DNA of 64,000 nucleotides. Origin: Paludibacteraceae bacterium (lineage in GTDB: Bacteria; Bacteroidota; Bacteroidia; Bacteroidales; Paludibacteraceae). The stretch lies in contig JAGALP010000004.1 of assembly GCA_017625155.1 (NCBI GenBank), forward strand, positions 288,414 through 352,413, read 5' to 3'. The notes beneath the pieces were generated by a model that was not told the origin of the DNA, did no database searches, and worked only from the letters and a program-made list of their open reading frames with translations. The translations under genes were made by a program, and so were the position numbers. Below are positions 27,363 through 36,101 of this stretch, one piece after another; position 1 is the first letter of the stretch; each line of letters starts with the position of its first letter.

Positions 27363-28697
27363 ATGAAATCACAGTCACTTAATTATCAAATATTGCGCCT
27401 TGCTATTCCAAGCATTTTGGCAAACATCACCATTCCATTGGTTGGATTGGTGGATACGGCTATTGTAGGTCATATTGCTAATGCAACTGCTATTGGCGGT
27501 ATAGCTATCGGCACGATGCTGTTTGATTTGCTATATTGGAATTTTGGTTTTTTGCGTGTAGGCACTAGCGGTATGACGGCGCAAGCTTTTGGGCGTGGAG
27601 ATAGGGTGGAGTGTGCACGACTTTTCAGCCAAAGTATATGTATAGCGCTGATAGGTGCCATACTTATCTGGCTGATTCAGTGGCTGTTTGTGAATTTGGT
27701 ATTGATGTTAGTACCGTGTTCTCCTGAGGTGGCGAGTTTTGCACGTGAGTACTTCTTTATTCGTGTATGGGCTGCCCCAGCCACCTTGTCGCTGATGGCT
27801 TTCAAAGGGTGGTTTATTGGTATGCAAGATACTATTAGCCCAATGGTAACGGATATTGTAGTCAATGTGGTGAATATGGTGGTTAGTTATGTGCTGGCAG
27901 TCTATACGCCAATGGGCGCATTGGGTGTGGCATTAGGTACGGTGATAGCACAATTTACAGGTTTAACAATAGCTGCGATGATACTAGTAGCGAAATATCG
28001 CCATCTTTGGAAGGGGCTATCGCCTTGGCATTTGGCGTTTGATGGGAAGGGCATGCGTCGCTTGCTTACGCTCAATGGTAATATATTTATTCGTTCATTA
28101 TGCTTCATGGTGGTCTATGTAGGTTTCACTTCGTTGGCAGCTAAATATGGCGATGTGGAATTGGCTGTCAGCACCATCATGATGAAACTCTTTATGCTCT
28201 TCTCTTATTTCGTAGATGGTTTTGCCTATGCAGGTGAAGCGTTGGTGGGGAAATATGTGGGTTTGGGTCAGGAGTTAGGAACCAAGAACCAAGATAAATC
28301 AGATATATCTCGTGTTGTTCGTTTGTTATTTGTCTGGTCTTTAGGAGTAGGTGTGATCTTTACATTGATTTTTGCCCTTTGGGCGGGAGAATTTTATCGT
28401 GCCATGACTTCTGATTCCATTGTTTTGGAACGGTTAGCCGATTACACTGGTTGGCTGATTGCTATGCCAATTGTATCTACCTTGGCATTTATGTGGGATG
28501 GTATTTATACGGGTGCTACAGCAGGCAAGCAGATTCGCAATGGCATGGTGTATGCAGCACTAGCGTTCGTGTTGGGTTACCTATTAACCTATCAAATATA
28601 CGATGTGTTGTCTATTTATATTGCTTATTTTGCACATTTGTTAGCTAGAGTGATATATCTCTCATTATCATGGAGATATGTTTTGCGAAATATGTAG
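27363..28697 (+). CDS. MATE family efflux transporter
   Basis: 12-TM protein starting ..LRLAIPSILANITIPLVGLVDTAIVGH.. (MATE N-terminal signature). Confidence 0.8.
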   Translation: MKSQSLNYQILRLAIPSILANITIPLVGLVDTAIVGHIANATAIGGIAIGTMLFDLLYWNFGFLRVGTSGMTAQAFGRGDRVECARLFSQSICIALIGAILIWLIQWLFVNLVLMLVPCSPEVASFAREYFFIRVWAAPATLSLMAFKGWFIGMQDTISPMVTDIVVNVVNMVVSYVLAVYTPMGALGVALGTVIAQFTGLTIAAMILVAKYRHLWKGLSPWHLAFDGKGMRRLLTLNGNIFIRSLCFMVVYVGFTSLAAKYGDVELAVSTIMMKLFMLFSYFVDGFAYAGEALVGKYVGLGQELGTKNQDKSDISRVVRLLFVWSLGVGVIFTLIFALWAGEFYRAMTSDSIVLERLADYTGWLIAMPIVSTLAFMWDGIYTGATAGKQIRNGMVYAALAFVLGYLLTYQIYDVLSIYIAYFAHLLARVIYLSLSWRYVLRNM

Positions 28698-28721
28698 TAT
28701 AATGGGTGATTGTGCGGTATT

Positions 28722-28746
28722 CGCAAATATAGTATTTGCGTTTTTT
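28722..28746 (+). terminator. intrinsic terminator after the MATE gene
   Basis: CGCAAAT-ATAGT-ATTTGCG followed by T6. Confidence 0.6.
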
Positions 28747-28769
28747 ATAGAGAATAATATAACAACTAT

Positions 28770-29333
28770 ATGGTAGAGAAATTAGAGAACAGAAAATGGA
28801 AAGTATTGCATTCTGAAACGCTTCTTAAGCGTGGTCCGTGGTTGAATATACGTCAAGAATTGGTGGAATTGCCATCTGGAGCTCAAATCCCCACATGGTA
28901 TGTGATGGACTTCCCAAATTGGATAAATGTGATAGCTATTACTAAGGATGGTCAGTTTGTGATCGAAGACCAATATCGTCATGCTTTGGGCGAAACGCAT
29001 TATGAATTGGTGGCAGGTGTGATTGATGAAGGCGAGACACCATTGCAAGCAGCTCAGCGTGAATTGAGCGAAGAAACTGGTTTCGGTGGAGGAGAATGGC
29101 AGTTGTTTATGACGCTATCGCCCAATCCGACGAATCATACCAATCTTAGTTATACTTTTCTTGCAACTGAAGTAGAGAAACTCACGGAGCAGCACCAAGA
29201 AAAGACGGAGGATATTCGTGTACACCTATTTGATCGTGAGGATGTTGTGGAACTGTTGCAGTCGGGCGAAATAGTCCAAGCCCTGCATGCTGCACCATTA
29301 TGGAAGTATATAGCAACGTCTTGTCGCAAGTAA
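28770..29333 (+). CDS. NUDIX hydrolase
   Basis: Nudix box GVIDEGETPLQAAQRELSEETG. Confidence 0.85.
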   Translation: MVEKLENRKWKVLHSETLLKRGPWLNIRQELVELPSGAQIPTWYVMDFPNWINVIAITKDGQFVIEDQYRHALGETHYELVAGVIDEGETPLQAAQRELSEETGFGGGEWQLFMTLSPNPTNHTNLSYTFLATEVEKLTEQHQEKTEDIRVHLFDREDVVELLQSGEIVQALHAAPLWKYIATSCRK

Positions 29334-29559
29334 AATTTTTAATAATGTTTATTAACGTACTATTTTATATAACGTAAAAATGATTCTAATCCAACGATGC
29401 ACTAAATGTACGATCTTACATGTGCAATCTCAAATGCTATGAGAGGGCAAAAACTATTAGATAATGAATACTCTGAATGGCTATGGGATGTTATGCTATA
29501 AGGTAATGGTATTTTTTTAGAAAAATGCTTGTAAATTTGTGTATGTGCGTTTTTTGTAG

Positions 29560-29567
29560 TACCTTTG
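29560..29567 (+). promoter_or_regulatory. Bacteroidota -7 promoter box TACCTTTG
   Basis: 39 nt upstream of ATG 29606. Confidence 0.5.
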
Positions 29568-29605
29568 CGCCGCTAAAGTATAGAATAATTAAATCATAAA
29601 AGCAT

Positions 29606-30322
29606 ATGAAAAAGATATTTTTTATCCTTGCATTTGGCTTTGGGCTCTTTGCTCCAATGGCAATGGCGCAGGTGCAACCAGGAGATACCACATACAGCGT
29701 ATCGCTACATGTGGGTTATGGGCATAATCTGACATACGGGTCGTATGCGAACTTTGACATCGATGCCTATCTGCCTATCAACAAGCATTTTGATATGCAA
29801 GCCAGTGTCCGAACCAGTACCGCCAATTTCTACACTGCAGGGGTGCAACTCAGACCAAAATTCGTATTGCCCGTGGGCGAACTATACCTCGAAGACCGAC
29901 TGATGATGAGATGGGTCAACAGAGATAGCTTCCGCGATTTTGTACACGCTTTCTCGGTGGGATACAAGATGCAATATGTGAATGTGCAAGTGGGTATGAG
30001 CAATCGTATCATCACTCCATTGCCATACACCAATCGCAGCGAAGATGAGATGATTCTCGAACCATTTGATGCCGTGTATCGCGTGGAGGCGTTTGTGCGA
30101 CCACAGACATCGCCATGGAATATCAGCTTGTGTCTCTCGAATATGGACAACTACCAAGTGGAGCGTATGTGGCAACCCATGTTCTACCTCGGCGGTTGGT
30201 ACGACATCAATGAGCATTGGCGCGTACGCCTATCAGGCAAAATGAAACTGGCAGGAATGTTCCACCTGAATGCACACTACTATGGCGCAGAACTCCGTGC
30301 AGGTGCGGAATACCGATTTTAA
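29606..30322 (+). CDS. putative outer-membrane beta-barrel protein
   Basis: Signal peptide ..LFAPMAMAQV.., alternating amphipathic strands, C-terminal ..AGAEYRF with terminal aromatic residue. Confidence 0.5.
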   Translation: MKKIFFILAFGFGLFAPMAMAQVQPGDTTYSVSLHVGYGHNLTYGSYANFDIDAYLPINKHFDMQASVRTSTANFYTAGVQLRPKFVLPVGELYLEDRLMMRWVNRDSFRDFVHAFSVGYKMQYVNVQVGMSNRIITPLPYTNRSEDEMILEPFDAVYRVEAFVRPQTSPWNISLCLSNMDNYQVERMWQPMFYLGGWYDINEHWRVRLSGKMKLAGMFHLNAHYYGAELRAGAEYRF

Positions 30323-30352
30323 TTAAGAATTTTGAATTATGAATTTTGAATT
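30321..30352 (+). repeat. intercistronic spacer of 14 bp tandem words (GAATTTTGAATTAT x2)
   Basis: The 19-mer AATTAAGAATTTTGAATTA (30321-30339) is identical to the reverse complement of 53741-53759. Confidence 0.85.
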
Positions 30353-31261
30353 ATGAAAAAGAATATACAAATTTGTCTTGGCTCTTTGCTCCTGGTTCTT
30401 GGTTCCATCTTCACCGCTTGCGGACCAGAGGCACGATTGGATATGGTGGGTATGTTTGCTGGTACCTCACCAAAGATTGATGAACGTTTTGAGGAATCCA
30501 AAGTATATAATGACCAGCATGGTTTTACCACGCTGCAAGCACCCGTGGAGGACTATCGCGTGTATGTGTGCACCGACACCCATGTGACCAAAACACAAAC
30601 GCGTTGGACATACTTCATTGATACCTATCGCCATGACCCGCTGTGTCCTGTTGCTGTGCATTTGGGCGATATCATCGATGCGCAAAACTATTTTGATGAG
30701 ATGTACTCGGCATATCAGGCAGTGCCGCTCAATCCAGCGAAAAAGGATACACTGATGGCTGTAGCAGGCAACCACGATATTTATTTTAAGCAGTGGCCAG
30801 AGTATATCAAGTATTTCAAGACGTGCTACTACTACTTCATCGTAGAGACTCCTTCGGGAAAGAAGGACCTGTTCGTGGTCTATGATTCGGCAGACGGCAC
30901 GGTGGGCAGCAAACAGTTGCAATGGCTTCGTGAGACATTGGAGTGGGCAGATAAGCAGGATTTTCGCCATATCGTAGCATGTACGCATACGCATTTCTTC
31001 AAACGTGATGGCTCACAAGGACATACCTCCAACTACACGCAAGAAGAGACATATGCACTACTTAACCTCTTTACCCAGCATGGGGTGGATATGGTATGGT
31101 CGGGACACGACCACTCGCGCGAAATCACCCAAGTGAAGGATATGACATGTATCGTGGTGGACTCGATGAAGGATGAGGACAAGAAACCCTTCTACATGCT
31201 CGTGACCATGGGCGAGAAGATTGATTACGAGTTTGTCTCGGTAGCTGATATCCAAAAATAG
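30353..31261 (+). CDS. metallophosphoesterase lipoprotein
   Basis: Lipobox-like ..GSIFTAC.., and phosphoesterase motifs ..HLGDIID.., ..AGNHD.., ..SGHDH... Confidence 0.7.
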   Translation: MKKNIQICLGSLLLVLGSIFTACGPEARLDMVGMFAGTSPKIDERFEESKVYNDQHGFTTLQAPVEDYRVYVCTDTHVTKTQTRWTYFIDTYRHDPLCPVAVHLGDIIDAQNYFDEMYSAYQAVPLNPAKKDTLMAVAGNHDIYFKQWPEYIKYFKTCYYYFIVETPSGKKDLFVVYDSADGTVGSKQLQWLRETLEWADKQDFRHIVACTHTHFFKRDGSQGHTSNYTQEETYALLNLFTQHGVDMVWSGHDHSREITQVKDMTCIVVDSMKDEDKKPFYMLVTMGEKIDYEFVSVADIQK

Positions 31262-31686
31262 TGCTTATCTACTTTGGCATAGGAACCAATCTGGGCAATC
31301 GCGATGCGAATCTGCAAACGGCACTGCAACTGCTTGACGAGCGAGTAGGGGAGCAGTTGGCGTGTTCTTCGGTGTACAGGAGTGCTCCACAGGGGTTTGT
31401 TTCGGACAATGAGTTTGCGAATATTGTTGCGGTATATGAAACAGATTTTTCGCCCGAAGAAGTGCTACTCCTCACCCAGCAGATTGAGCGCGACATGGGA
31501 CGGACAGAGAAATCAGTCAATGGCGTATATCACGATCGAGTGATAGATATTGACCTGCTGCAAGCAATCCTAAATTCAAAAGCAATAATTCAAAATTCAT
31601 CAACCCTCACTCTGCCACATCCTCGTATGCAAGAGCGTGACTTTGTGATGATTCCTCTCCGCGAGGTAGAAGCATTATTACACTAA
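31261..31686 (+). CDS. folK: 2-amino-4-hydroxy-6-hydroxymethyldihydropteridine diphosphokinase
   Basis: ..YFGIGTNLGNR.., ..YRSAPQG.., ..IDIDLL.., ..LPHPRMQERDFV.. HPPK motifs; GTG start. Confidence 0.85.
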   Translation: MLIYFGIGTNLGNRDANLQTALQLLDERVGEQLACSSVYRSAPQGFVSDNEFANIVAVYETDFSPEEVLLLTQQIERDMGRTEKSVNGVYHDRVIDIDLLQAILNSKAIIQNSSTLTLPHPRMQERDFVMIPLREVEALLH

Positions 31687-31687
31687 T

Positions 31688-32380
31688 ATGCAGGTATTAT
31701 ACGAAGACAACCATATAATAGCCGTGAGCAAAACTTGCCACGAGATTGTGCAAGGCGACAAGACGGGTGATACACCTTTGTCGGATATTGTAAAGGCGTA
31801 TATCAAAGAGAAATACCAGAAGCCAGGCGAAGTGTTTTTGGGTGTTACCCACCGTCTGGATCGTCCCACTACGGGCGTGGTGCTGTTTGCACGCACCAGC
31901 AAAGCATTGACACGACTCAATGCTATGTTTCAGTCGCACGAGCAGATACAGAAGACCTATTGGGCGATTGTGGCGACCGAAAACGGAAAACTGAAAACTG
32001 AAAACGAAGTAGTGAAGTTGGAAAACTACCTCTGGCGCAACGAGAAGCAAAATAAGTCGTTTGTAGTCAAGCCAGGAACCAAAGATGCCAAACGCGCTGT
32101 GCTAACTTATAAGTTGATAGCCAAGAGTGAGCGGTATATGCTGTTGGAAATCAATCTGGAAACAGGTCGCCATCATCAGATTCGTTGCCAGTTGGCAGCT
32201 ATCGGATTGCCTATCAAAGGTGACTTGAAATATGGTGCCAAGCGTAGTAATCCCGATGGAGGTATATCGCTACACGCTCGTAAAATAGAATTTGTGCATC
32301 CTGTGAGCAAACTGCCTATCTCAATCACTGCTCCCGTGCCCGATGATGCTCTCTGGCATGTTTTAGAGCAACAGATATAA
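31688..32380 (+). CDS. RluA family pseudouridine synthase
   Basis: Catalytic motif ..HRLDRPTTGVVLFAR... Confidence 0.85.
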   Translation: MQVLYEDNHIIAVSKTCHEIVQGDKTGDTPLSDIVKAYIKEKYQKPGEVFLGVTHRLDRPTTGVVLFARTSKALTRLNAMFQSHEQIQKTYWAIVATENGKLKTENEVVKLENYLWRNEKQNKSFVVKPGTKDAKRAVLTYKLIAKSERYMLLEINLETGRHHQIRCQLAAIGLPIKGDLKYGAKRSNPDGGISLHARKIEFVHPVSKLPISITAPVPDDALWHVLEQQI

Positions 32381-32443
32381 ATGTTTTACAACATAAATGC
32401 CTGAAAATTGCACTATGTATTTGCATAGGTGCGATTTTTTTTG

Positions 32444-32451
32444 TAACTTTG
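32444..32451 (+). promoter_or_regulatory. Bacteroidota -7 promoter box TAACTTTG
   Basis: 26 nt upstream of iorA ATG 32477. Confidence 0.5.
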
Positions 32452-32476
32452 CACACCTAAAAAATGCAATAATACC

Positions 32477-34120
32477 ATGAAACACCTATTATTAGGCGAT
32501 GAAGCCATAGCGCAAGGCGCTATTGATGCAGGATTGAGTGGCGTGTATGCTTATCCAGGCACGCCATCTACTGAGATTACTGAGTATATACAATTGAGCG
32601 AAAAGCGAAAAGGCGATGAGGCGAAAGACAAGATTTTTTGCCAATGGGCTACCAACGAGAAGACCGCTATGGAAGGCGCACTTGGTATGTCCTATATGGG
32701 CAAGCGCGCGCTTGTGTGCATGAAGCATGTGGGCATGAATGTCTGCGCGGATGCGTTTATGAATGCCGCCATCACGGGCGTGAACGGCGGATTGGTAGTA
32801 GTGGCAGCGGATGACCCATCTATGCACTCCTCGCAAAACGAACAAGACTCGCGCTTCTATGCTAAGTTTGCTATGATCCCATGCCTCGAACCAAGCAACC
32901 AACAAGAGGCATACGACATGATGCACTATGCCTTCGACCTCTCCGAATCATTGCGCACACCTATCTTATTGCGCGTGACTACGCGCATGGCGCATTCGCG
33001 TGCGGTGGTCGAGACAATGGACACTCCTCGTGAGCAAAATGAGCTATCTGCGCCTGAAAATACCAATCATTTTATTCTTTTGCCTGCTTTCGCACGTAAG
33101 AACTACGCCGAACTTGTGGATGCACAAGCCGATTTTATTCAAACGAGTGAGGAGTCGCAATACAACCAATATACCAAAGGCAGTAATCCGAAGAAAGCCA
33201 TTGTGACGACTGGTATTGCGTATAACTACCTGATGGAGGCTATAGGCGAAGCATCCAATACCCATTATCCATTATCCAATAGCGAAGCGTCCATCCTTAA
33301 GATTACCCAATACCCATTACCAAAGGCATTGATCGATCAGATGGTAGCGGATGGAGCAGAAGAGATTCTTGTTATGGAGGAGGGACAGCCCGTAGTGGAA
33401 GAACTATTGCGCGGTATGGTGCCATCTTCTGTGGCTGTCAAAGGCCGATTGACGGGCGACCTCCCTCGCATGGGCGAACTCACACCCGATAGCGTCGCCC
33501 TCGCCTTATCCAATAGCGAAGCGTCCAATAGCCCATTGCCTATACCCGAACTAGTCGTCGGTCGTCCACCTGCATTATGCCAAGGTTGTGGTCACCGCGA
33601 TATGTATGCTGCGCTCAATGAGGTGGCACGCGAACATGAGAATGCCAAGATTTTCGGCGATATAGGTTGTTACACCTTGGGTGCATTGTCGCCTTTCCAT
33701 GCTATCCACGCTTGTGTGGAGATGGGTGCGAGTATCACTATGGCGAAAGGTGCTGCTGATGCAGGACAGTTCCCTTCGTTTGCGGTGATTGGCGATAGTA
33801 CGTTTACGCATTCGGGTATGACGGGATTGCTGGACTGCGTGAATAGCAAGGCGAATGTGGTAGTGCTGATTTCTGATAACCTCACTACAGGTATGACTGG
33901 CGGACAAGACTCTGCGGGTACTGGCAGACTGGAAGCTATCTGCGAGGGATTGGGCGTAGAGAAAGAGCATGTGCGCGTGGTAGTGCCACTGCCAAAGAAC
34001 ATGGAAGAGATCAAACAAGTGCTCCGCGAGGAGGTGGCTTACAACGGCACCAGTGTTGTCATTGCCCGCCGTGAGTGTATCCAAACTCTCAAACGCCACC
34101 TTAAACAAAACAAGAAGTAA
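32477..34120 (+). CDS. iorA: indolepyruvate ferredoxin oxidoreductase subunit alpha
   Basis: ..GDEAIAQGAIDAGLSGVYAYPGTPSTEI.., TPP-binding ..GDSTFTHSG.., Cys cluster ..CQGCGH... Confidence 0.9.
   Translation: MKHLLLGDEAIAQGAIDAGLSGVYAYPGTPSTEITEYIQLSEKRKGDEAKDKIFCQWATNEKTAMEGALGMSYMGKRALVCMKHVGMNVCADAFMNAAITGVNGGLVVVAADDPSMHSSQNEQDSRFYAKFAMIPCLEPSNQQEAYDMMHYAFDLSESLRTPILLRVTTRMAHSRAVVETMDTPREQNELSAPENTNHFILLPAFARKNYAELVDAQADFIQTSEESQYNQYTKGSNPKKAIVTTGIAYNYLMEAIGEASNTHYPLSNSEASILKITQYPLPKALIDQMVADGAEEILVMEEGQPVVEELLRGMVPSSVAVKGRLTGDLPRMGELTPDSVALALSNSEASNSPLPIPELVVGRPPALCQGCGHRDMYAALNEVAREHENAKIFGDIGCYTLGALSPFHAIHACVEMGASITMAKGAADAGQFPSFAVIGDSTFTHSGMTGLLDCVNSKANVVVLISDNLTTGMTGGQDSAGTGRLEAICEGLGVEKEHVRVVVPLPKNMEEIKQVLREEVAYNGTSVVIARRECIQTLKRHLKQNKK
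33244..33295 (+). repeat. in-frame short-repeat insertion 1 in iorA (CCAATAGCGAAGCGTCC family)
   Basis: GGC GAA GCA TCC AAT ACC CAT TAT CCA TTA TCC AAT AGC GAA GCG TCC ATC. The 22-mer TTATCCAATAGCGAAGCGTCCA (33272-33293) recurs at 33506-33527. Confidence 0.8.
33505..33547 (+). repeat. in-frame short-repeat insertion 2 in iorA
   Basis: CTT ATC CAA TAG.. read in frame as L S N S E A S N S P L P I P. Contains the 22-mer repeat plus TCCAATAGCCC, which is shared with the ALDH gene. Confidence 0.8.
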
Positions 34121-34140
34121 CAATACTAAACGATACTCTT

Positions 34141-34719
34141 ATGAAACGCGATATAATTTTAGCAGGCGTAGGCGGACAAGGTATCCTATCTATTGCCACA
34201 GTCATTGGCGAGGCAGCCCTCAAAGAAGGCCTCTATTTGAAGCAAGCTGAAGTGCATGGCATGAGCCAGCGAGGCGGTGATGTGCAATCCAATCTCCGTT
34301 TATCCAGCGAACCCATCTATTCGGATTTGATAGCCAAGGGTGGGGCAGATATCATCATCTCGCTCGAACCAATGGAAGCATTGCGCTATCTGCCATACCT
34401 CAAACCCGATGGATGGATTGTCTCCTCGTGCAAACCTTTTGTGAATATCCCTAATTATCCTGATATTGAGCAGGTGCTGGAGCACATCCAAGCAGTCAAG
34501 AACCACGTGCTATTGGATGTAGAGGTGCTTGCCAAAGAGGCGGGTGCTCCTTTGCAAGCAGCGAATATGGTGCTCTTGGGTGCAGCTATCCCTATGTTGG
34601 GCATTGACCATGATAAGATTGTCGCAGGCGTGGAGCGCATATTTGCTCGCAAAGGCGAAGCCGTTGTCGCTGCCAATATTGCTGCTATCGAAGCAGGGTA
34701 CAGTGCCTCTAAACACTAA
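34141..34719 (+). CDS. iorB: indolepyruvate oxidoreductase subunit beta
   Basis: ..ILAGVGGQGILS.. N-terminal motif; 192 aa; immediately follows iorA. Confidence 0.85.
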   Translation: MKRDIILAGVGGQGILSIATVIGEAALKEGLYLKQAEVHGMSQRGGDVQSNLRLSSEPIYSDLIAKGGADIIISLEPMEALRYLPYLKPDGWIVSSCKPFVNIPNYPDIEQVLEHIQAVKNHVLLDVEVLAKEAGAPLQAANMVLLGAAIPMLGIDHDKIVAGVERIFARKGEAVVAANIAAIEAGYSASKH

Positions 34720-34760
34720 ACAGTAGGCACGAAAAGTGCCGTCCACTAAACACCAAACAT

Positions 34761-36092
34761 ATGTCTTTTCCTCTCAACAAACAACTCGTGGACCAAACCT
34801 GTATTGATTTTGGTCTGCGTAACGCCAAGGAACTGGGCGGTGCCTCTATCCGCCAACTCGTGGGCGTAGTCAAAGATATCGAACGTGCTACTGGTCAGGA
34901 GTTTATCCACATGGAATTGGGTGAGCCTGGCTTGCCCGCCGAACAAGTGGGCATCGCTGCCGAGCATGCTGCCCTGAAAGCGGGTTACGGTTCGCGTTAT
35001 CCTATTATCACGGGTATTCCCGAAGTCAAGCACTGGGGCAGTGAGTTCGTGCGCGCTTTCCTCGGACTGGATATCCCTACCGATTGTATTGTGCCTACAG
35101 TGGGCAGTATGCAAGCCGCTTTTGCGCTTAATATGACGATGGCTCAACTGGATAGCCAACGCGATACGGTCCTCTTTCTTGACCCCTGTTTCCCTGTGCA
35201 GAAACAGCAATGCAAGGTGATTGGTGTGCGTGTGGATGCGTTTGATGTGGCGAATTTCCGTGGCGAAGCATTGGAGAAAGAGTTGGAACGCCATTTTCAA
35301 TCGGGTAGGATAGCCGCCATGCTTTTCTCCAATCCGAATAACCCATCGTGGATGTGCCTCACCGAACGCGAATTGGAGATTATCGGTCGATTGGCTACGT
35401 TGTATAATGTGCTGGTAATCGAAGACTTAGCATACCTAAATATGGACTTCCGCGATAAAGACCGTGGCACGCCATACGAACCGCCATACCAACCCACTGT
35501 GGGCAGATATACCAACAATTGCGTGCATATGATTTCGTGCTCCAAGATGTTCTCGTATGCAGGCCAGCGCGGTGCTATTGTGGCGATGAATCCGTATTTG
35601 GCACACCGTCGCTTCCCTTCATTGGCAGAACGTTATGGCAACGATGGCGAGTTCATACGCAATTTTGTATATATAATCCTTTATAGTCTGTCTTCGGGGG
35701 TGACGCACTCGGTGCAACATGCCATGGCTGCCATGTTCAAAGCGGCTTGTCAAGGCAAGATTGACTTCGTGAATAATACCCGCGAGTATGCTCGCCGTGC
35801 GAAGATTGTCAAGGAGATCATGATTAAGAACGGTTTCCATATCGTCTATGACCAAGATGCCGATGAGCAGGAAGTGGGCGATGGTTTCTTCTTTACGTTT
35901 GGTTATAAGGATTGGACGGGAGAAAAGATGCTTAACAAACTGATTTACTATGGTATCTCGGCTATCTCGCTGACTAGTACAGGCGCGAAGCGTGAGGGCA
36001 TGCGTGGCTGTGTGTCTTGCATCCGCGATGACCAATACGAACTGCTCGATGAGCGCCTTGCGCTCTTCAACCGCGACTATCATGACAAATAA
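34761..36092 (+). CDS. PLP-dependent aminotransferase (class I/II)
   Basis: ..NPNNPSW.. and ..SCSKMFSYAGQR.. (Lys for the PLP Schiff base). Confidence 0.8.
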   Translation: MSFPLNKQLVDQTCIDFGLRNAKELGGASIRQLVGVVKDIERATGQEFIHMELGEPGLPAEQVGIAAEHAALKAGYGSRYPIITGIPEVKHWGSEFVRAFLGLDIPTDCIVPTVGSMQAAFALNMTMAQLDSQRDTVLFLDPCFPVQKQQCKVIGVRVDAFDVANFRGEALEKELERHFQSGRIAAMLFSNPNNPSWMCLTERELEIIGRLATLYNVLVIEDLAYLNMDFRDKDRGTPYEPPYQPTVGRYTNNCVHMISCSKMFSYAGQRGAIVAMNPYLAHRRFPSLAERYGNDGEFIRNFVYIILYSLSSGVTHSVQHAMAAMFKAACQGKIDFVNNTREYARRAKIVKEIMIKNGFHIVYDQDADEQEVGDGFFFTFGYKDWTGEKMLNKLIYYGISAISLTSTGAKREGMRGCVSCIRDDQYELLDERLALFNRDYHDK

Positions 36093-36101
36093 ATTAGAAT
36101 T

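Noticed and set aside
31555-31600. folK segment ..ILNSKAIIQNSS.. (AATTCAAAA words) as another in-frame repeat insertion
   Set aside because: The words resemble the GAATTTTGAATTA spacer family in reverse orientation. However, the FolK segment is only a few residues longer than typical HPPK proteins (from memory) and no exact match of 12 nt or more was found, so the evidence is too weak.
33575-35300. Long antisense ORFs (33575-34123, 33670-34014, 34746-35300, 35619-36083 on the minus strand) opposite iorA, the aminotransferase gene and their neighbours
   Set aside because: They lie fully inside strongly supported + strand genes with clear family motifs. They have low-complexity or odd composition and no promoter boxes. 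They are typical shadow ORFs of higher-GC coding DNA.
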